Below are positions 59,016-64,000 of a stretch of 64,000 nt of DNA, one piece after another (within the stretch, counting starts at the first letter, position 1; the number at the start of each line of letters is the position of its first letter). The notes below the pieces were generated by a model, which was not told the DNA's origin, ran no database searches, and was given only the letters and a program-made list of their open reading frames with translations. The position numbers and the translations under genes are program-made. Source of the stretch: an uncultured Thermoanaerobaculia bacterium (GTDB lineage Bacteria > Acidobacteriota > Thermoanaerobaculia > Multivoradales > JAGPDF01); assembly GCA_964471955.1 (NCBI GenBank), contig CAYYIK010000001.1, forward strand, positions 89,912 through 153,911, read 5' to 3'.

Positions 59016-59582
59016 CGCGAGGCCGTAGAAGCTCAGGGCGGTCTCTCCGTAACGGCGCTGCTCCCGACGCACCCACCGGCCGCCGGGGTCCGGGAGTTCC
59101 GACCGGCGGGAGTGCTCGATGGCCAGTTCGGCTCCCGGCGCCGCGACCGCCTCCAGCGCCTGCAGGACCGGCGGCTCGAGACCGCTGGCGTACGGGGGAT
59201 CGGCGAAGATCAGCTCGAAGCGCTCCCCGGACGCGACCAGCAGCCGCATCGCCTCGAGGGCGGGCTTCGCCAGCAGGCGGGCCGAGCCCGGCGGCAGCAG
59301 CCGGAGATTCTGGCGCAGCGTCTCGATCGCCCGGCGGTCGGTCTCCACCAACGTGGCCGACAGTGCTCCCCGACTGATCGCCTCGATGCCGATGGCCCCA
59401 CTGCCGGCATAAAGGTCGAGCAGGCGCGCCTGCTCGAGCCGGTCCGCCCAGATCGCGAACAACGCGCCGCGTACTCTTGCCTCGGTCGGCCGGGCACCGG
59501 GAGGGACCGCCAGAGATCTCCCTCTGAGCAGGCCGGCTTCGATCCGGACGGCACCGGGGCCGGAGCTGGATCGCCGGGTCAC
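59010..59582 (-). CDS. rsmD: 16S rRNA (guanine966-N2)-methyltransferase RsmD
   Basis: G...G..L......RPT..RVR.ALF, LDLYAGSGA.G.EA.SRGA and F.DPPY motifs. Confidence 0.88.
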   Translation of the reverse strand: MTRRSSSGPGAVRIEAGLLRGRSLAVPPGARPTEARVRGALFAIWADRLEQARLLDLYAGSGAIGIEAISRGALSATLVETDRRAIETLRQNLRLLPPGSARLLAKPALEAMRLLVASGERFELIFADPPYASGLEPPVLQALEAVAAPGAELAIEHSRRSELPDPGGRWVRREQRRYGETALSFYGLAA

Positions 59583-60229
59583 CAGCCGCGGCGCAGGAGG
59601 CGCTGGAAGTGGAGCCGCACCTCCTCGCGCGGAATGTAGAGGGTCAGAGGCTGCTCCGGTGAGGACAGCTCGATGCCCTTGTCGTCCGCCGTGAAGGCGA
59701 CGATCTCGAAACGTACTCCGTCGAGCCGTTCGAGGAGATCTCCGATCTGCGGCTGGTAGTCGCCCGGAAGTTCGATCTCGCGCGACCTCGGATCGATCGC
59801 CGCTTCGATGTCGCGCACCACCCGGACGAGCGCTCCGAGCGCCAGTGACGGCGAACTGTAGCGATCGTAGCGGAAGGTCTGCGGCGCGCTGCCGGGAAGG
59901 CGCAACTCGAGCGTGCAGGACTCGATCCAGGCCCCTTCCGGACCGCCCGGGTCGGCGTCCGTCTCGCCGAGGTCGGGCTCGGAGAGCCGATTCAGCCAGG
60001 CCTCGACCTCGCCCGATCCGACCTCACCGAGCGACATCTCCTCCGCTCCGGCGGGGCCCTCGCGGCGGCGGATCGTGCCGTTGGCGAACAGCGTCACTTC
60101 CCGATGTCCGACCGAGCTCACGCAGTCCTCCGTTACCAGGATGCGCGCCCGCGGATCCTCGTCCGCGCTCGCGCCGGCGAGGGCCGGCGCGAGCCCCGCC
60201 AGGGCCGTGCAGAGCCACCGCAGACGCAC
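59579..60229 (-). CDS. Hypothetical secreted protein
   Basis: Start placed at the GTG overlapping the cca stop (TAGTG). Signal-like VRLRWLCTALAGLAPALAGA. No family recognised. GTGA-coupled to rsmD. Confidence 0.55.
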   Translation of the reverse strand: MRLRWLCTALAGLAPALAGASADEDPRARILVTEDCVSSVGHREVTLFANGTIRRREGPAGAEEMSLGEVGSGEVEAWLNRLSEPDLGETDADPGGPEGAWIESCTLELRLPGSAPQTFRYDRYSSPSLALGALVRVVRDIEAAIDPRSREIELPGDYQPQIGDLLERLDGVRFEIVAFTADDKGIELSSPEQPLTLYIPREEVRLHFQRLLRRGW

Positions 60230-61590
60230 TAGGCTCCGGCTCCCCAGGGTCGGGGGCCACCCCGCCCCGCCCCCGACCGGGTGCCGGCCTCCCGCTTCGT
60301 CCCGAGCGCCCGCCGTGCGACGCCGAGGGCGAAGGCGAGCTCCTCGGCTGCCCCGATGCGACCGTCGAGCCGGGCGTCGAGCGCCGCCCTCAGGGCCTCG
60401 CCGACATGGGGGCCGGACGGCAGGCCGGCGGCGACGAGATCCTCGCCGCGGATGCCGAGGGACAGCCGGCTCAGTTCCATCAGGTAGCGCTCCACCCACT
60501 CGGTGGCCGGATCCCCCGCCGCGGCGACGAGGCAGAGCTCCTCCGATCCGAGTCCGGCGAGGGTCCGTACGACGCCGTGAGGCTTCGGTCCGGGCGCCGA
60601 CAGCCGCCGCGCGAGACGGGCGAGGTCGCCGCAGCGCAGCAGGGCCCTCCGGGTGCCCCGGTCGAGGTCGAGTCGCAACTCCAGGCGCCCCCGCGCCGCC
60701 ACCGGCATGCCACCGGCGAGAGCGAGAAGAGCCGTCACCCAGGGTTCGGGGACCGGTCGCCCGGTGGTGGTGAAGTCGAGCCGGCGGGCGGCGGCGGCCA
60801 CTCGGGGGACCGCCCGGGGGTCGGCCGCGAACGCGGCAGGCAGGTCCGGATCCAGCCCCGCCAGCAGACCGAGGTCGCTGAAACGCCCCCAGACGTACGG
60901 CAGCCGCTCCCAGTCCTCGCAGGTCCGCTGCAGCTCGCGGCGGAGACGGTCCCCGGAGATGGCGGCGAGAGCCCCCCCGGCGAGGGCTTCGCGCGCCAGC
61001 CCCTCCGTCTCCGGTTCGCAGCGCCAGCCGAAGCGCGCCTCGAAACGAACGCCTCGCAGGATGCGCGTCGGGTCGTCGACGAACGATCGGCGATGCAGCA
61101 CCCGCAGCCGCCCGGAACAGAGATCGGGCCAGCCGCCATGAGGATCCAGCAGGAGGCGCGGCGCCGGCGTCAGCCGTAGTGCCAGCGCATTGACGGTGAA
61201 ATCGCGGCGTGCCAGGTCGTCGGCCAGCGCACAGGGCTCGACCTCCGGCAGCGCGCCCGGGGCCGCGTAACGCTCCCGCCGCGCCGTCGCGAGGTCGAGC
61301 AGTGAGCCGTCGTCCAGCTCGAGCGTTGCGGTGCCGAAGCGCGGGTGAAACCTGGCTGGCACCCCCAGCGCGGCCGCCAGTCGACGGGCGAAGGGCAACG
61401 CATCCCCCACCACGACGAGATCGACGTTCGAGGGGAGCTCGCCGCGCAGCAGATCCCGGACGCCGCCCCCGGCCCAGGCCAGCTCGACTTCGCTCGGCCC
61501 GGCGGTTGCCAGGACGCTCGCCAGCAGTCGCCGCATCGCTTCGGGCAGGCCGGCGAGCAGACGCTCGGGATCGGGGGCCGGGCGACTCAC
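60229..61590 (-). CDS. cca: CCA-adding enzyme/poly(A) polymerase-family tRNA nucleotidyltransferase
   Basis: Head-domain motifs AGGGVRDLL.G....D.DLVV and RDFT.NA.A. Confidence 0.8.
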   Translation of the reverse strand: MSRPAPDPERLLAGLPEAMRRLLASVLATAGPSEVELAWAGGGVRDLLRGELPSNVDLVVVGDALPFARRLAAALGVPARFHPRFGTATLELDDGSLLDLATARRERYAAPGALPEVEPCALADDLARRDFTVNALALRLTPAPRLLLDPHGGWPDLCSGRLRVLHRRSFVDDPTRILRGVRFEARFGWRCEPETEGLAREALAGGALAAISGDRLRRELQRTCEDWERLPYVWGRFSDLGLLAGLDPDLPAAFAADPRAVPRVAAAARRLDFTTTGRPVPEPWVTALLALAGGMPVAARGRLELRLDLDRGTRRALLRCGDLARLARRLSAPGPKPHGVVRTLAGLGSEELCLVAAAGDPATEWVERYLMELSRLSLGIRGEDLVAAGLPSGPHVGEALRAALDARLDGRIGAAEELAFALGVARRALGTKREAGTRSGAGRGGPRPWGAGA

Positions 61591-61614
61591 CCCCGGATCC
61601 TACTCCCGCCCGGC

Positions 61615-64000
61615 TCAGAGTCCGAGTCGGTGGACGCTGCCGCGCCCGACCAGATTCTCCACCGCGCCGACCAGTTCGCTGCTGTACTCGACCCGGAAGC
61701 GGGCCTCGGCGGCGATCTCGACGTCCACGCCGGAAGGCAGGCGGGTCGTCAGCGTGACCGGCGCCTCACCCGGGTGTCCGGCGAGCAGGTCGCGCAGCTC
61801 CAGCATCTCGCGCCGCGAGAGCTCGCGCCTGAGTTCGACGCGGACGCCGGTGATCAGGCGGCGAGCGGCGCGATCGAGCGGAGTGATCTCCTCCACCGAC
61901 ATCTCGACCTCGCTGCCCCGCTCCCGGACCACACCGCGCACGACGACCGCCGCGTCTTCGACGAGCAGCGAGTCGTACTTCTTCAGTGCCTCGGCGAACA
62001 CCGTGGCGTTGACCCCGCCGGTGAGGTCCTCGAGGACGAAGCGGGCCATCACCTTGCCCGCGTTGGCGCCGCTCTTGATCTTCAGCCGCTTCACCCGGGT
62101 CACCAGCCCGCCGATGGTCGCCTCGCCCTGATGCCCCTCGCGCAGCGCGCGCGTGGTGTGCGTGGTGAGGGCGGCGAGGCGGGCCTCGAACTCGGCGAGC
62201 GGATTGCCGGTGAGAAAGAAGCCCAGGGCCTCCTTCTCCGCCCGCAGCCGATCGGCCTCCGGCCAGACCGTGACCGCCTCGTCGACCGGCGGCTCGAGCT
62301 CCGCCGCCATCCCGCCGCCGAACAGGCTCCCCTGCCCGGCCTCCTCGGCCCGCCGGCGCCGCTGTGCCCAGTCGATCGTCCGCTCGAGCGAAGAGGCCAG
62401 CGCGGCGCGATGGAAGCCGAATCCGTCGCAGGCACCCGACTTGACGAGCGTCTCGAGCACCTTGAGGTTGACATTGCGCGAGTCGACCTCGGCGGCGAGC
62501 TGCGCCAGGCTGCGAAAACGACCGACCCGCCGCCGGGCGGCGAGAATCGCCTCCGCGGCGCTCTCGCCCAGCCCCTTGATGCCGCCCAGTCCGAAACGGA
62601 TCGATCCGCCCTCGACCGCGAAAGCCCATTCGCTGACGTTGATGTCGGGTGGCAGCACCGGGATCCCCAGTTCGCGACATTCGCCGACGTACTTGACGAC
62701 GTCGTCGGTCGACGCGATCTCCGAGGTCAGCATCGCCGCCATGAAGGCCGCCGGGAAGTGCGCCTTCAGGTAGGCGGTCTTGTAGGCCAGCATCGCGTAC
62801 GCGACACTGTGACTCTTGTTGAAGCCGTAGCCGGCGAAAGGCTCGATGTAGTTCCACAGCTCCTCGGCCTTGGCCCGCGCGAAGCCCTTGCGCTCGGCGC
62901 CGTCGAGGAACTTGTTCTTCTGCTCCGCCATCACCTCGAGCTTCTTCTTGCCCATCGCCTTGCGCAGGACGTCCGCCTCGCCCATGGTGAATCCGGCGAT
63001 GGCGACTGCGATCTGCATGACCTGTTCCTGGTAGGCGATGACGCCGTAGGTCTCACGCAGGATCGGCTCGGTTTCGGGGAGGATGTAGGTGACCTTCTTC
63101 GCGCCCGACTTGCGGGCGATGAACGTGTCGACCATCCCGACCGAGAGCGCGCCCGGTCGATACAGGGCGTTGAACGCCGCCAGGTCCTCGAATCGCGAGG
63201 GGCGCGCCCGGCGGAGCATGTCCCGCATTCCCGAGGACTCGAACTGGAAGATTCCGCTGGTGCGCCCCTCGGCGAAGATCTCGAAAGTCGCCGGATCGTC
63301 GAGCGGCACCGCGTCGAGATCGAGGTCGATCCCCAGGTGACGCAGCATGCGCAGCGTGTCGTCGACGACCGTCACCGTCTTGAGACCGAGGAAATCCATC
63401 TTCAGCAGCCCGAGACGCTCGACGCCCTTCATGTCCCACTGGGTGACGATTTCGTCCTTGCTCGTCTTGTAGAGCGGCACGATCTCGTCGGTCGGCACCG
63501 GCGTGATGACCACTCCGGCGGCATGCACCGAGGCGTGGCGGGTCAGTCCTTCGAGCCGCGAGCCGATCTCGACGACCTCCCGGATCTTCGGATCGTTGCG
63601 GATCTCGGCCGCCAGGCTGTCGACGGTCCGGGCCGCATCGCCGAGCGACTTCTCCATGTCGGGCAGCATCTTCGCCACCCGGTCGACCTCGGCGTACGGA
63701 AGGCCCATGACCCGTCCGACGTCGCGCAGGACGCCCTTGGCGGCGAGGGTCCCGAAGGTGATGATCTGCGACACGCGATCGCGGCCGTATTTCTCGGCAA
63801 CGTACTGCAGCACTTCGCCACGCCGCCGCTGGCAGATGTCGGTGTCGATATCGGGCATCGACACGCGCTCCGGGTTGAGGAAACGCTCGAAGAGCAGATC
63901 GTACTGGAGCGGATCGATGTCGGTGATCCGCATCGCCCAGGAGACCAGGGAGCCCGCCGCCGAGCCGCGACCCGGACCTACCGGAATCGAGCATTCGCGG
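61615..64000 (-). CDS. dnaE: DNA polymerase III subunit alpha, C-terminal ~795 codons; 5' end lies outside the window
   Basis: The reading frame stays open past the ORF-track Met to the window edge (…CSIPVGPGRGSAAGSLVSWAMRITDIDPL…). MPDIDTDI, the HhH region and an OB-fold tail are present. Confidence 0.95.
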   Translation of the reverse strand, partial: RECSIPVGPGRGSAAGSLVSWAMRITDIDPLQYDLLFERFLNPERVSMPDIDTDICQRRRGEVLQYVAEKYGRDRVSQIITFGTLAAKGVLRDVGRVMGLPYAEVDRVAKMLPDMEKSLGDAARTVDSLAAEIRNDPKIREVVEIGSRLEGLTRHASVHAAGVVITPVPTDEIVPLYKTSKDEIVTQWDMKGVERLGLLKMDFLGLKTVTVVDDTLRMLRHLGIDLDLDAVPLDDPATFEIFAEGRTSGIFQFESSGMRDMLRRARPSRFEDLAAFNALYRPGALSVGMVDTFIARKSGAKKVTYILPETEPILRETYGVIAYQEQVMQIAVAIAGFTMGEADVLRKAMGKKKLEVMAEQKNKFLDGAERKGFARAKAEELWNYIEPFAGYGFNKSHSVAYAMLAYKTAYLKAHFPAAFMAAMLTSEIASTDDVVKYVGECRELGIPVLPPDINVSEWAFAVEGGSIRFGLGGIKGLGESAAEAILAARRRVGRFRSLAQLAAEVDSRNVNLKVLETLVKSGACDGFGFHRAALASSLERTIDWAQRRRRAEEAGQGSLFGGGMAAELEPPVDEAVTVWPEADRLRAEKEALGFFLTGNPLAEFEARLAALTTHTTRALREGHQGEATIGGLVTRVKRLKIKSGANAGKVMARFVLEDLTGGVNATVFAEALKKYDSLLVEDAAVVVRGVVRERGSEVEMSVEEITPLDRAARRLITGVRVELRRELSRREMLELRDLLAGHPGEAPVTLTTRLPSGVDVEIAAEARFRVEYSSELVGAVENLVGRGSVHRLGL

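Overview
Very GC-rich bacterial chromosome segment, densely packed with core housekeeping genes of a didermic (LPS-containing) organism. The gene content fits something like Acidobacteriota or a related high-GC Gram-negative lineage, but taxonomy cannot be fixed from this window. Gene order, left to right:
- priA (partial), accA, recJ.
- An LPS-transport/sigma-54/regulatory-PTS supercluster: lptC/A-like, lptB, rpoN, hpf, ptsN, hprK, rapZ, EIIA-Man, ptsH, ptsI.
- A cupin gene, a lipoprotein gene and miaB.
- A 600-bp non-coding gap.
- parB-parA, a DUF151 nuclease and queD (minus strand), then a fused lptF-lptG.
- polX, metK and a DUF84 NTPase (minus strand), a TrmH-family methyltransferase, a sulfatase-like lipoprotein and etfBA.
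- The full tol-pal cluster (tolQ, tolR, a tolA-like gene, tolB, pal, cpoB) and rpsT.
- A minus-strand operon ribH-nusB-transglutaminase-leuS-lptE.
- An SDR gene, tRNA-Pro(GGG), a MerR regulator, der, a lipoprotein and tRNA-Leu(CAG).
- A small GT2/deacetylase/FabG/ACP/hot-dog lipid cassette.
- A nuo operon with order A-E-F-G-H-J-K-L-M-N (no nuoB/C/D/I), followed by rex and an orphan pseudopilin.
- rsmD, a hypothetical gene, cca and dnaE (partial, minus strand).

I found no CRISPR array, transposase, integrase, prophage or recognisable defence or toxin genes. This is an ordinary core region, not an accessory island.

The observations most worth a second look are:
1. The 600-bp gap between convergent miaB and parB. 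It carries three copies of a ~28-nt motif, two direct and one inverted about 390 nt apart, so it could be a structured ncRNA or a MITE-like element.
2. The nuo operon that precisely lacks the Q-module genes.
3. A Rex-operator-like palindrome abutting nuoA, with rex at the end of the same operon.
4. Fused Lpt components: one 660-aa LptC/LptA-like protein and one 798-aa LptF-LptG protein.
5. A ketosynthase-less ACP/dehydratase/reductase/deacetylase/GT2 cassette.

All functional calls come from reading the supplied translations against remembered family motifs and from gene context. No database search was run.
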